A program made the translations under genes and the position numbers. A stretch of 53,537 nt of DNA, taken from the IMG/VR virus record IMGVR_UViG_3300009467_000020, positions 1-53,537 of that record; one strand, given 5' to 3'. Origin of the DNA: a virus. Taxonomy: Duplodnaviria; Caudoviricetes. The notes under the pieces are model-generated. The model saw only the letters and a program-made list of their open reading frames with translations, made no database searches and was not told where the DNA came from. This document shows, one piece after another, positions 29,591-40,437 of the stretch (the first letter of the stretch is position 1; the number at the start of each line of letters is the position of its first letter).

Positions 29591-30037
29591 ATGGAATTAA
29601 AAAAAGTAAATAAAGAAATAGAAGACCTGCAGAACTTTATAATAGCAAATAACGATAATGAAGGGTTTTATGGTGACGGAATAAGTATTGCTGAATCACC
29701 TGAAGTGCCTATAAAACATAGCTTTGCCGACCAAATATATGTAAGGCAAATGAATATGAATGCTGGTCAGGTTATTGTTGGTGCAATTCACAATCATCAG
29801 CATGTATGGTTTTTATTGACTGGACATGTATCAATAAATAACAATGGTGAGGTAATAGATTATGTAGCACCTTGTTATACGGTATCTGAGCCTGGGTCAA
29901 AAAGAGTTATATACGCACATGAAGATTCTATATTTGTTAATATACACAAGAATCCTCTAAACGTAAAAGATATAAAAGAATTAGAGGAAGAAATAGTTTC
30001 TATGAACGTAGAAGAATTTAATAAAAAAAATAAGTAA
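29591..30037 (+). CDS. cupin-fold protein
   Basis: HSFADQIYVRQM.MNAG..IVGAIHNHQHVWFLLTG...RVIYAHEDSIFVNIH. Confidence 0.75.
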   Translation: MELKKVNKEIEDLQNFIIANNDNEGFYGDGISIAESPEVPIKHSFADQIYVRQMNMNAGQVIVGAIHNHQHVWFLLTGHVSINNNGEVIDYVAPCYTVSEPGSKRVIYAHEDSIFVNIHKNPLNVKDIKELEEEIVSMNVEEFNKKNK

Positions 30038-30039
30038 AT

Positions 30040-30759
30040 ATGTCATTTGTAGTAGCGGGTATTATAGTAGGAAGTGGTCTGTTGATAAAGGGCACATCTC
30101 AGATTATTAGTGGTGCGGTAAAGAATAAAAATGCGAGAAAAGATAAGAATGAAGCACAGGTTAGACTGCTTAAAAACGAAACTAAATTAGCGCAGCTAGA
30201 GGCTTCTAGGCAAGAAATAATAAACCCATACGCAGATGTTAAGAGTCTAACTGGCGATATGTCAAATCCATTTGCTAATTTATCTGTGGCTACTGGGGCA
30301 GCAGAGATACAAATGCAACAATCGGATGCTGCATTAGCAAATACACTAGATACATTGAGAGCCACTGGAGCTGGCGGTGGTGGAGCAACAGCATTAGCAC
30401 AAGCTGCACTACAAAGTAAAAAAGGTGTTGCTGCTAGTATAGAAAGTCAAGAAGTTGCTAATCAGAAGCTAAGAGCTCAAGGGGAACAAACATTGCAGCA
30501 ATCAGTTATTAGAGAAAAAGAAAGACTTCAAGATGCTGAAATAGCAGGCTCTGGATTTATGTATTCTGAAAAAGAAAAAAGAGAGATAACTCAATTAGAT
30601 AGAACACAGAATAAAATTGATATAGCTGAATCTGACAAAAGAAATGCCGAGCAAAGGAGAAGAGATGGAAATGAAAAAGCTGCAAAAGACGTTGGAGATT
30701 TTGGAATGGAGGTTGCTAAATTTGGCATTAGTACAATTGGTAAAACAGAAAATATATAA
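30040..30759 (+). CDS. internal virion / ejection protein 1
   Basis: N-terminal hydrophobic helix, Ala/Gln-rich coil and GAGGGGATALAQAA. Confidence 0.6.
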   Translation: MSFVVAGIIVGSGLLIKGTSQIISGAVKNKNARKDKNEAQVRLLKNETKLAQLEASRQEIINPYADVKSLTGDMSNPFANLSVATGAAEIQMQQSDAALANTLDTLRATGAGGGGATALAQAALQSKKGVAASIESQEVANQKLRAQGEQTLQQSVIREKERLQDAEIAGSGFMYSEKEKREITQLDRTQNKIDIAESDKRNAEQRRRDGNEKAAKDVGDFGMEVAKFGISTIGKTENI

Positions 30760-30765
30760 AAAAAT

Positions 30766-32766
30766 ATGGGTACTTATAGAAATCCTTCATTACAAAAAGG
30801 TTATACTACTTCTAATATTAATACTGGATCTAGTAGCGCTGGAAGTGGCTTAACACAAGCCATAAATGCTCAAAGACAAAGAGCTAGGGATGCTGAAATA
30901 GCAAGCAATGCAAACTGGGAAATATATGAAAGACAACAACTTGCTGCTGGAGACTTGCAAAAGCAAATTGGTGATGCTGTCGACATTCCTCAAAAAGGTG
31001 GTGGTACTAAAGGTTTTATAAATAAAGCAAGTCTTGAAGATGCTACAAGAGATTATGTTAAGGGTATTACCGAAGCAAAAATTAGACTAGAGTCTCATGA
31101 TGGTTGGTATGATATGCTAGATGAAGACATAGCTACAGTCAGAAATAGTAAGAATGATATAGCTAGGCTTCCTGAAATATTTGGAGATTTCTCACTTGTT
31201 ATGGATAAGTTGATGACTACACAGATGGGATATGCTCCAGGTGATATTAATCCAGATGGTCTTAACCCTCATCTGCATTTAGCAAAGTTAATTGGTAATA
31301 CAACTAGTGGAATAGGAGGTGAAATTTCCTATAGAAGAAGCTATTCTGAACAAGAAGGTAGTACATGGGAAATGGTAGTTTCTGGAGAGAGTGTTGAAAA
31401 ATTAAACAAAGAGCTATATGCAAAAACTGGTGACGAAAAGTATAATAGCAACGAGTATGCCTTTAGCTATAATCAAGTTAGTGACGCAGTAGGTGATAGT
31501 GATAGCGATGAGTATACATTTGGCGGAATGTTTAACACTAATCCTAACGTTCATGCAGAAACCGAAGATTTAAAAACTGCTAATATTCTTGACAACAATA
31601 ATCAAGTAAGCAAGAGATTTATAACAACCAAGCAAGTTGTAAAGGGAAACCAAGTGTTTCAACAGGAGATGGTGGATGTCGCATCAGTTGCTAGAGAATT
31701 AAAGCCATATTCAAACGCATTTGCTAGTAGAGTTATAAATAATAACCAAGTTTTACAAGCCTTTATAACAAGTCGTGCGAGTATGCCGGCAAGTGGCGCT
31801 AGTGTAGAGCAGGTGGATGGAATGCAGCAGATTTCTTATATACCATATCAAAGAGATGAGAGCGGTAATATAAAAACAGATAAGAATGGTCGCGCTATTG
31901 AAGGTGAGAAAGTAACGCTTGGTGATAACGGTTTTTATAAGAAAATATCAAATAAAGATACACAACAATTTCAAAATTATACTAAAGAAGAGCACGATCA
32001 GATACTAAACTTTGTTCAAGATCAATTTATTAGAGATAATAACATTAATGCTAAAATAAACCCCGTATTAGATAGATCAGCAACGGATGCATTGGCTAGA
32101 AAAAATGCTGCTGATTTAAAAGAGCAAAGAAGACTACGAGCACTTGCAATTAAGCAAGGTAAAGAAAATGTGAACGAAAACATAATAACAAGCTCGCTTA
32201 TTAAAAATCTTAAGCTATATGAGGCTGGAGATCAGACTGATTTTAGTGTGCTTGAGTCATTTAAAGAAGGACTAAAATTAACTCAAGATCCAGATGACTT
32301 GAATATACACAATGTGTATAGCAGAGAAGATAAAGACGGTAATAGAAAATTCTTGTTTACTGTTGATTTAGCAGAGCCAGAACAAGCACTGCAGATGTTA
32401 TTACAACAAGGTGGTGCAAAAGCGTTTATATCTATTCCTGAAGAAAAAACTGCTACCACGCAAGATGGTATAAAACTTAGTGCTATTGTTGCTAACTTAC
32501 CAAGTGAAATTACTGAAGAAACTTTTATGGAAACATTAAGTAAGTCTAATAAAGATCTTCTTACTAAGTATGGAATTACTGTATCAGAAACAGATGTTGG
32601 AAGTGATGTACTTCTAATAACAAGAAGAGATGGTAAAACTACTGAAATTGATCTTGAAGACGGCGAGTGGAAGAATAAGTGGAGAAAAATAATGAAAGAC
32701 ATGACAGCTACTAATACAACAGCAAAAGTAGATACTCCAACTAATATTAGCGAAGCATACAAATAA
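30766..32766 (+). CDS. internal virion / ejection protein 2
   Basis: 666-aa helical protein between the small and giant internal proteins. Call is positional. Confidence 0.55.
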   Translation: MGTYRNPSLQKGYTTSNINTGSSSAGSGLTQAINAQRQRARDAEIASNANWEIYERQQLAAGDLQKQIGDAVDIPQKGGGTKGFINKASLEDATRDYVKGITEAKIRLESHDGWYDMLDEDIATVRNSKNDIARLPEIFGDFSLVMDKLMTTQMGYAPGDINPDGLNPHLHLAKLIGNTTSGIGGEISYRRSYSEQEGSTWEMVVSGESVEKLNKELYAKTGDEKYNSNEYAFSYNQVSDAVGDSDSDEYTFGGMFNTNPNVHAETEDLKTANILDNNNQVSKRFITTKQVVKGNQVFQQEMVDVASVARELKPYSNAFASRVINNNQVLQAFITSRASMPASGASVEQVDGMQQISYIPYQRDESGNIKTDKNGRAIEGEKVTLGDNGFYKKISNKDTQQFQNYTKEEHDQILNFVQDQFIRDNNINAKINPVLDRSATDALARKNAADLKEQRRLRALAIKQGKENVNENIITSSLIKNLKLYEAGDQTDFSVLESFKEGLKLTQDPDDLNIHNVYSREDKDGNRKFLFTVDLAEPEQALQMLLQQGGAKAFISIPEEKTATTQDGIKLSAIVANLPSEITEETFMETLSKSNKDLLTKYGITVSETDVGSDVLLITRRDGKTTEIDLEDGEWKNKWRKIMKDMTATNTTAKVDTPTNISEAYK

Positions 32767-32783
32767 TAGTTAAAAATTAAAAC

Positions 32784-35700
32784 ATGAACGAAGAGTTACT
32801 TGAGCTAGGTTACAGCAAATTAGAAACCGAAAGGTCGTATGATCAATACAAAATTGACATGCAAGAAAGTGAAGAGTTGAGGAAGTTGGTTTTTAACAAG
32901 ATTGAAACTAACAAGACATACGATGAATTTATTACAGACTTATCATTTGAACCATTAGAGAAAGTATCTGATGAGATGGGAAAGTCAACTGCTGCTGTAA
33001 CAAAGGGTGCGACTACACCAGCAAGTACGGGTTTAGCATCAAAGGATGGTTCATCGGAGTCACAAGAAAAAAATACAGCAATTGAAGATACTTTTGGCAA
33101 AAACTGGCTTACTAACTTTTACGGAGATCATGTAAGAGCATATGAGCAAGGTATTGCTTCTTCTAGGCTAGTAGACCCTAGTGCTACTGTAATGTTTGAA
33201 GGTGCTGCGGCGTCTGACCAAGCTGTGATGAACCTGTTAAACCAGCTAAAAGAAAATGCTGGCATGGTAATGCAAAACGACGAAGGAGTAACATGGGATA
33301 AAGTATATGACGAAGAAGGCGGTGGTTTTTCGGGATTCTTAGCTGCCACAATGGAAGCTCCTACGGCTCTTACTAGCATGTTAGTTAGGTCTATGTCATC
33401 TCAGTTAGGTTCTGTTATGAACTCTGACTATGTAGCAGCCGCAGGCACGGCTGGCGTAGCGTTAGGTGCTACTGGTGGATCAGCATTTGGAGGAGTTGGA
33501 GCAATTCCAGGAGGTCTGGCTGTTGGAATGGGTGCTACTATGGGCATGATGGAAGCTTCACTTACATTTATTGAGCTACTACAAGAAGAAGTGGGTACTG
33601 AGTTAACGCCGAAAAATGTTAGAAGTGTACTCGAAGATCCAGATAAGTTACAAAACCTAAGATTAAGAGCAGGTGGTAGAGGTGCTGTAGTTGCGCTTAT
33701 AGAGACAGCTACTGCTGCATTATCAAAAGGAGCGGCTGGTAAGGTTTTCAGTAAGCTTGCAACACCAGCAAAGACAACTTTAACTAGAGGCTTAGGAGCG
33801 GCTACGGCAGCTACAGCAGGTACGGTAACTGAAATGGCTGGTGGTAGTCTTGGTGAGGCAGGAGGTATGCTTGTAGCAGGTCAAGATTTTAACTTTAAAG
33901 AAATAGCTTTAGAAGGCGTTGTTGGATCCGTAGGAGCAGCATACACCGCTTTACCTACTATAGTATCTAAAATACAAAAGCAAGCTGATCGTGTTGCAAT
34001 GACAAATACAGCTTTAAAAGCAAAATTTGGTAGTGCACGCGAAGTGTTTATGTCAAATGATAAAGTAGATAATGTAGCTGTTGAAATTGCATCGAAGAAA
34101 GGTAATGTTAATGCGTTTCAAGAACAACTAGATTATGACGTAGCAAATAAAAAAATAACTAAACAAGAAGCAGAGGTAATAAATAAAAACTTTTTAAATG
34201 TACGCGAGCAAAGCAAGAGATTAAAATCATTCAATCTTCAGTTTAATCAAGGAGAGATAGTTAACAAGCTAACTAAGATGGATGTCCTTAAGGAAGAAAT
34301 CAAAACAATAGATGATCCTACATTAAGTAAAGGTAAGTTTGCCGAATATGAAAGTTTAAGTGAAGAAATAGGAGTATTAGTAACAAAAGATCAGATTGAT
34401 ACTCAAATTGAAAAAATAAAAAAATTAAAAGGTAATGTAGATGGTTTAACTGTTGAAGCTCTTAGCGATTCAAATGCAGTTAGGGCTTATATAGATAAGG
34501 AGCACGCTGATAACAAAAAGTTAAAGCAAAAGAAGAATGACACAAAACAAGAAAGTGCTGAGTTTCAACAAGGCTTTATAATAGATAAAGCTGATGGATC
34601 AAAGGTAATAGTAATAAACAGAGATGTAGCTATAAAAGAAAAAGCAGTAAACATAGCTGGTCATGAGTTTTTACATGCTGTATTATTTAATACATTAAAA
34701 GCTGATGATACATTTCAAAAGAACCCTAACAAAGCAGTGGCTTTAGGTGGTAGCCTAAATGATATGCTACAAGATTTAGATAAAAATCAATTAGATGAAT
34801 CAGGATTTACACAGCGAATAGAACAGTACAAGTCGCCTGGAGATAATGCAGTTGCAGCAGAAGAGGTTATGACTGCACTATCTGATTTTCTAGCATCGGA
34901 TAAACTTAAATTTAAAGAAAACGCATTAACTAAAATTGGTGATTTTATAAGACGTAAACTTCAAGACTTTGGAGTCAACATTAAATTTGACACTAGCAAG
35001 GATGTTTATAATTTTGTAAGAGATTACAATAAAAGCATAGCCGGAACTAAAGGCTTGAATAGGGCACAGAAAAAATTAATAAAAGAAGGTGCTAAGGGTA
35101 AATTAATAGATGCCGCAAACGCAGCAACAAAAAATAAGACCAGCATAAGCGTAGATGGTGAAACAGTATCGTTCTCAAAGAAAGATCAGTCATTAAGCGA
35201 TTCAATTACTAAGTCAGTTCCAGAAGTAATGACTAAAGATGAGTGGGACTCTGTGCATAGTGGTACAGTGTACATGGATATAATTGATGGTAATAAGCTT
35301 CACGGATTAATCAGAAACGAAGTGACTAGAAGAAACGTTCCACCTGAATCTATATCTGAAGACTTCTATGAAGATGTTAAAGCAGCTTTATATGAAAAAA
35401 GTATGCTAAGGTTTGATCCAACTAAGAATGATAACGTTGGTGCATTCTTGCTGTCTGAGCTTGTTAGGTTTAGAATAGGCGATGTTGTAAATAAGTACAA
35501 AGAAAAAGGCTTATTTGAATCTACAGTAGCTGCAGATAATGCCGAGTTTGTGCAAGAAGATACAGCTAGTATGGTTGAGTTTGATGCCATAATAGAAGAT
35601 ACGGAGACTATACAACCAGAGTATCAAATTAAAGCCGCAGAAAGACTTCTAACTGATCCTGATATATTACAAGAGGCAAGGGAAACCATAGAAGATGAGA

Positions 35701-38700
35701 TGATGAATCCAGATTCTAAGAAGTTTTCTCTTAAGAAACTGCCAAACTGGGCTGCAACAGCATTAGCAAAGCAGATTACACTAGATCCTGAAAAGCCTTT
35801 TCCTGCAAAGAAAATTGTGAACCTTGGTATTAACCTTACTAAAGGTGAAATGAGAGAAGGTCAAGTATTCATTGTGAACAATGCTGAGGTGTTAATGAAG
35901 ATACTACCAGAAGGCGCAGTCTTAAAGGCCGCTAGTGATAAGTTACTTGAAACATCGACAGGCTTACCTAGTAATCTTCTTAATGCATTTTATGTAAAAA
36001 ATCCTAGGATAAGTAAAGGTCAAGGGTTAAAGCCATTTAAGAAAAGACGTGACATAACAAAAGAAGAATTTTTTAAATACTTTAATTTAGCACCTAGTGG
36101 CATACCTATTAGAGACGAAAAAGGTGAATTGCCAGACGGTAAGTCTGAAATTGGTCAGAATATAAAAGGCATGTTATCTGTATCTAGTAGGTTAATAACA
36201 AACCAACTAGTTAGGCAGATTGGCTTAAAACAAGATTATCCAATCAGTGAAAACCAGGCTCTAGATATAAGAGGTGGTACGGCTGAGATAATGTTTAGTA
36301 AGTCTAATGTTAACGGACCAATGTCTACATACGGTGATCATGATTTGCTTCTTGATGTTAGATTCTCGCTAAGAGACAATTATGTGTCAGAACTTAGATC
36401 AACTTATGATTTAGAGGTTGAACCTGCTAAGGAATATGTAGAAAATTTCTTCAAGTGGGTTGATCATAAAAAACGCCCATGGTCTGATAGTGAAAATGAA
36501 GACTTTAAGGATGAAGTTACAAAGCTAGGTTTATACTGGATAATTAAAAGTTCTGACAAGGAGAAGGCAGCTAAATTTAAAGGCAAACCTTTAAGAGAAG
36601 AAGATAGATACCAAATACCTTTAGCTCTTAGTACTGCTAATGCAAATAAAGTTGACCCATATGCTTTTAACAGTCCTGGAGAGCTATTAAATAAATTTAC
36701 TGCTGTAAAAAAAGAAGCTAAAAAACAATTAGCTCCAGATAGTCTTCCTTCTATTACAAAGTTTGGAAAAGAAGAACTAGGTATTCAATTATATACAGTT
36801 GAAGGTAGCAAACAGGGAATGTTGGATGTTAGAAAATTAAACGATTTTTATTATGGAAACAGTTTTAATGGATGGTGCATAACAAATAGACTAGACGCAG
36901 ATTCCAAAGATGTTAGAGAAGCCAATGAAGCTGCAATTAAAAAGTACGGTAAATATGCAGTGTTACAGTACGAAGATAATCTGAAAACGGCTTTAGGGTT
37001 TTGGGAAAATAACTATCCTGGCCCAAAAATGCTAGCGTTCAAAGACAATAAGTTCCTTGGTTTGCAATCAAGCCAGGGTGGGGACGTTCAGGAATGGAAC
37101 ACTAAAGAGAATAAACAGTCTGATAACCTTGAAGTTCCATCAGGCAAAAAAGAAAAAGCATCTTTTAAAGATGCAGATAGGAATGATACTAATGGTGATT
37201 TAACCATTATTGAGAAAATACCCACTTATAATATTCTAAATGAATTATTAGAAAGTGAAATTATTGACGACCCTATTGAAATCGGTAGCAACTGGAATAC
37301 CGAAAAAGTTATTTTTCCTGATAAAGCCTTCATATCTGGCTACGAACAAAAGATTCGCAAAGGTGGAAATCTTATTAAAAGAACTTTTGACACAGATAAA
37401 GTTTTAAAAAAAGAAGTTACTACTAAAAAAGGCATAAGAGTAAAAGATCATACTATTAGTAAAGTTACTGGTTCTAGATTCCATTTTTTTAGAATTGGAC
37501 GACAAGGTGAACTTATAAAAATGGATTCTGCGACGAATGAAAATCAAGCAGAGCTTGATTATAAGCTTGAAGCTGAAGGAATGTCTAATCAGTTTGAAAC
37601 AACAGAGTTAATTAAAGAGAGTGATAATTTAGATAAACGTGAAGATGAAAATGGTGCACCTTTAAAGGTAAAAGAAACAGAAATATCGAGAGCTTCCTCA
37701 ACCAGTAAATCAAATTTATCAGAAGTAGACATAGAGTATGTTGAATCTTATATTTCTACTGATATAATAACTATAATATATATAAACAGTCCTAACAGTC
37801 CTACGCCGGTGGAAGTAATAACGAGTAGAATAGAGGACCAAGAAGTAGGAGACGCTAGACATACTATTGTTTACAAGCAAATTAATGGAAAAAAATATCT
37901 TAGTAAAATGGAGATTTTAGGGTCTCATCTTCCTGAGCATAAAAACGCTAGAGAAGAATTAATAAGAAACTTAGGCATAGAACCGACTATTGAATATTAC
38001 GAAGAAATCGCAAAGATTGATGCAAATGGGAATTTTAAAAATGCAAAAGGTGTATTTAGTGCGTATAAGTATTATAGAGATGTGGAGATACCAAAATATA
38101 CGGGGTTTAATGTATACAAGTTTAAAGCATTTAGTCGTGAAACTTTAAAAGCATTAGAAAGTGAAATAGTACCACTAGATGATAATAATGTTCCTGATAT
38201 GAACCAGGAAGGTGCAGTATTATATAGTAAGAGCCTAGGGAACTCTATGGAAAAAGCAACAAAAAATAACAATAAAATGCTACCCAAGTCCAAAAGACTT
38301 AAAGGCAATTTTACTAATGATCAGGTATTAAATGTAATGTCTGAAGTAGATGATGATAGAAACGTATCTTACTCTAAATCTTATAATAAAATAAAACAGG
38401 CAGAAGATTTAAATGCAGATTACAATAAGTTAATATTAGAACCTTTAACCGGAATACCTGCTACTGATAAAATATCTGAAACTAGAGCAGAGCTAATAGG
38501 TAGAACGAAGTCTAAGGTTAGATTCTTTATTCCTCCTGCTGCTGAAGATTTTGTAGGTTTATTATATTCTACATTAGGTAAAGGTAAGGTTGGTGAAAAA
38601 CAAATGGCTTGGTATAAAGAACATTTACTAGATACATTTGCAGATGGTGCTAATAATGCTTCTACTGCAAGAACTACATTAATGCATCAGTTTAAAGTGC

Positions 38701-40433
38701 TTAAGGATCATTTAAAGGTAGTTCCTAAAGACTTGAAAAAGCAAGTACCTGGTTCTATTTTTACCAAAGAACAGGCCTTAAGAATACATATATGGAGATC
38801 GCAAGGAGATAAGATACCTGGTGTTGATGCTAGAGACTTAAGAGAGGTTGCTAAGTTTATGAATAGTGACCCAACATTAATGACATTTGCAGTTACATTA
38901 AAGAAACTTCAAAAGAGCCAAGGTGTTGATCAGTGGCAACCTCCAACAAATAGCTGGAGAGGTGGTTCCATAGAAACAGACTTATTAGCAGCTTTAAACA
39001 CTGGCGTTAGAAACAAGTACTTAAAGAAATGGCAAGACAATGTTGATATTATATTTTCTAAAGAAAATAAAAACAAACTAGAATCTGAATTTGGAAAAGG
39101 ATATGTAATAGCATTAGATAACATGTTAAATAGAATGAAGACTGGTAGAAATCGTATTGCTACTAAAGATCGTGCTACTTCAAAGTTTTTAAATTGGATC
39201 AATGGTTCTGTTGGTGCAATTATGTTTCTTAACATGCGATCTGCGTTACTACAAACAATATCAGCTGTTAACTTTATAAACTGGAGTGATAACAATGTTT
39301 TAGCCGCAGGCAGAGCATTTGCAGATATAAAGCAATATACCGCCGATTTTAAAACACTTTTTAATTCTGACTTCTTAGTTGAAAGACGTGGAGGTATGAA
39401 AATGGAAGTTACTGATTCTGAAATAGCTGATTTGGCTAAAGAAGGTGGTATGGCAGGTGCTGTTAGTAAGATATTGCAAGCAGGATTCTACCCTACAAAG
39501 CAAGCAGATAGTTTTGCAATTGCTTCTGGTGGTGCTGCATTCTATAGAAATAGAATAAACTCGCTAGTAGCTGGTGGTATGGACCTGAAGGAAGCAGAAA
39601 AACAAGCATTCCGTGATTTTAGAGAGACAGCAGAAGAATCACAGCAGTCTAGTAGACCAGATAAAATTAGTCAACAACAAGCTGGGCCAATGGGACGTGT
39701 TCTACTGGCTTTTGCAAATACGCCAGCACAATATGCAAGACTAATGAAAAAGGCAATTCTAGACCTTAAGAATGGCCGTGGCAACCCAAAGGAACATATT
39801 TCTAAGATAATATATTATGGTGTTGCTCAGAATTTACTATTTAATGCCTTGCAAGCCGCGATATTTAGCTTAGCATTTGGTGATACAGATGGTGATGATG
39901 AAGAGAACGCAAAAACAGTAAGAGTTCTTAATGGTATGGTAGATTCTATATTAAGAGGTACTGGTTTTGTTGGTGCTGGAGTATCTATAGGCAAGAATGT
40001 TATTTTAAAAATAATAGAGCAGTCAGAAAAGAAACGGCCTGATTACGCTGATATTGCATGGGAAGCTGTTAAGTTGTCACCACCGCTATCTAGTAAGATT
40101 CAAAAACTAAGAACTGCTGGTAACACTGTTTCTTATAACATGGATGAAATAAAAGAGAAGGGATTTTCATATGACAATCCAGCACTATTAGCTTCTGGCA
40201 GTGTAGTATCTTTTGCTACAAACGTACCTATGGATAGATTAATTAAGAAAATGGATCATGTAATGACAGCATCGACACAAGAGATCGAAATGTGGCAAAG
40301 AGTTGCATTACTTGCTGGTTGGGATAAGTGGTCATTAGGTTTGATTGAAAAGAAAGGAGACAAGGCTACGTTTAGACAAACCAAGGAAAGAGTAAGAAAG
40401 AGAAGACAGGATAAAAAAATAATTTGGAAATAA
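32784..40433 (+). CDS. giant internal virion polyvalent protein with a zincin metallopeptidase domain
   Basis: 2549 aa. Gly/Ala-rich hydrophobic N-terminal segments, AGHEFLHAV...AEE motif near 34662, and an ejection-protein-like C-terminus (ESQQSSRPD..SQQQ). Confidence 0.7.
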   Translation: MNEELLELGYSKLETERSYDQYKIDMQESEELRKLVFNKIETNKTYDEFITDLSFEPLEKVSDEMGKSTAAVTKGATTPASTGLASKDGSSESQEKNTAIEDTFGKNWLTNFYGDHVRAYEQGIASSRLVDPSATVMFEGAAASDQAVMNLLNQLKENAGMVMQNDEGVTWDKVYDEEGGGFSGFLAATMEAPTALTSMLVRSMSSQLGSVMNSDYVAAAGTAGVALGATGGSAFGGVGAIPGGLAVGMGATMGMMEASLTFIELLQEEVGTELTPKNVRSVLEDPDKLQNLRLRAGGRGAVVALIETATAALSKGAAGKVFSKLATPAKTTLTRGLGAATAATAGTVTEMAGGSLGEAGGMLVAGQDFNFKEIALEGVVGSVGAAYTALPTIVSKIQKQADRVAMTNTALKAKFGSAREVFMSNDKVDNVAVEIASKKGNVNAFQEQLDYDVANKKITKQEAEVINKNFLNVREQSKRLKSFNLQFNQGEIVNKLTKMDVLKEEIKTIDDPTLSKGKFAEYESLSEEIGVLVTKDQIDTQIEKIKKLKGNVDGLTVEALSDSNAVRAYIDKEHADNKKLKQKKNDTKQESAEFQQGFIIDKADGSKVIVINRDVAIKEKAVNIAGHEFLHAVLFNTLKADDTFQKNPNKAVALGGSLNDMLQDLDKNQLDESGFTQRIEQYKSPGDNAVAAEEVMTALSDFLASDKLKFKENALTKIGDFIRRKLQDFGVNIKFDTSKDVYNFVRDYNKSIAGTKGLNRAQKKLIKEGAKGKLIDAANAATKNKTSISVDGETVSFSKKDQSLSDSITKSVPEVMTKDEWDSVHSGTVYMDIIDGNKLHGLIRNEVTRRNVPPESISEDFYEDVKAALYEKSMLRFDPTKNDNVGAFLLSELVRFRIGDVVNKYKEKGLFESTVAADNAEFVQEDTASMVEFDAIIEDTETIQPEYQIKAAERLLTDPDILQEARETIEDEMMNPDSKKFSLKKLPNWAATALAKQITLDPEKPFPAKKIVNLGINLTKGEMREGQVFIVNNAEVLMKILPEGAVLKAASDKLLETSTGLPSNLLNAFYVKNPRISKGQGLKPFKKRRDITKEEFFKYFNLAPSGIPIRDEKGELPDGKSEIGQNIKGMLSVSSRLITNQLVRQIGLKQDYPISENQALDIRGGTAEIMFSKSNVNGPMSTYGDHDLLLDVRFSLRDNYVSELRSTYDLEVEPAKEYVENFFKWVDHKKRPWSDSENEDFKDEVTKLGLYWIIKSSDKEKAAKFKGKPLREEDRYQIPLALSTANANKVDPYAFNSPGELLNKFTAVKKEAKKQLAPDSLPSITKFGKEELGIQLYTVEGSKQGMLDVRKLNDFYYGNSFNGWCITNRLDADSKDVREANEAAIKKYGKYAVLQYEDNLKTALGFWENNYPGPKMLAFKDNKFLGLQSSQGGDVQEWNTKENKQSDNLEVPSGKKEKASFKDADRNDTNGDLTIIEKIPTYNILNELLESEIIDDPIEIGSNWNTEKVIFPDKAFISGYEQKIRKGGNLIKRTFDTDKVLKKEVTTKKGIRVKDHTISKVTGSRFHFFRIGRQGELIKMDSATNENQAELDYKLEAEGMSNQFETTELIKESDNLDKREDENGAPLKVKETEISRASSTSKSNLSEVDIEYVESYISTDIITIIYINSPNSPTPVEVITSRIEDQEVGDARHTIVYKQINGKKYLSKMEILGSHLPEHKNAREELIRNLGIEPTIEYYEEIAKIDANGNFKNAKGVFSAYKYYRDVEIPKYTGFNVYKFKAFSRETLKALESEIVPLDDNNVPDMNQEGAVLYSKSLGNSMEKATKNNNKMLPKSKRLKGNFTNDQVLNVMSEVDDDRNVSYSKSYNKIKQAEDLNADYNKLILEPLTGIPATDKISETRAELIGRTKSKVRFFIPPAAEDFVGLLYSTLGKGKVGEKQMAWYKEHLLDTFADGANNASTARTTLMHQFKVLKDHLKVVPKDLKKQVPGSIFTKEQALRIHIWRSQGDKIPGVDARDLREVAKFMNSDPTLMTFAVTLKKLQKSQGVDQWQPPTNSWRGGSIETDLLAALNTGVRNKYLKKWQDNVDIIFSKENKNKLESEFGKGYVIALDNMLNRMKTGRNRIATKDRATSKFLNWINGSVGAIMFLNMRSALLQTISAVNFINWSDNNVLAAGRAFADIKQYTADFKTLFNSDFLVERRGGMKMEVTDSEIADLAKEGGMAGAVSKILQAGFYPTKQADSFAIASGGAAFYRNRINSLVAGGMDLKEAEKQAFRDFRETAEESQQSSRPDKISQQQAGPMGRVLLAFANTPAQYARLMKKAILDLKNGRGNPKEHISKIIYYGVAQNLLFNALQAAIFSLAFGDTDGDDEENAKTVRVLNGMVDSILRGTGFVGAGVSIGKNVILKIIEQSEKKRPDYADIAWEAVKLSPPLSSKIQKLRTAGNTVSYNMDEIKEKGFSYDNPALLASGSVVSFATNVPMDRLIKKMDHVMTASTQEIEMWQRVALLAGWDKWSLGLIEKKGDKATFRQTKERVRKRRQDKKIIWK

Positions 40434-40437
40434 TACT

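Noticed and set aside
32784-40433. Virion RNA polymerase as in crAss-like phages
   Set aside because: No DFDxD-type catalytic motif in an RNAP context was seen. The DTDGD near the C-terminus is an acidic linker after a hydrophobic helix, and the phage encodes a sigma factor instead.
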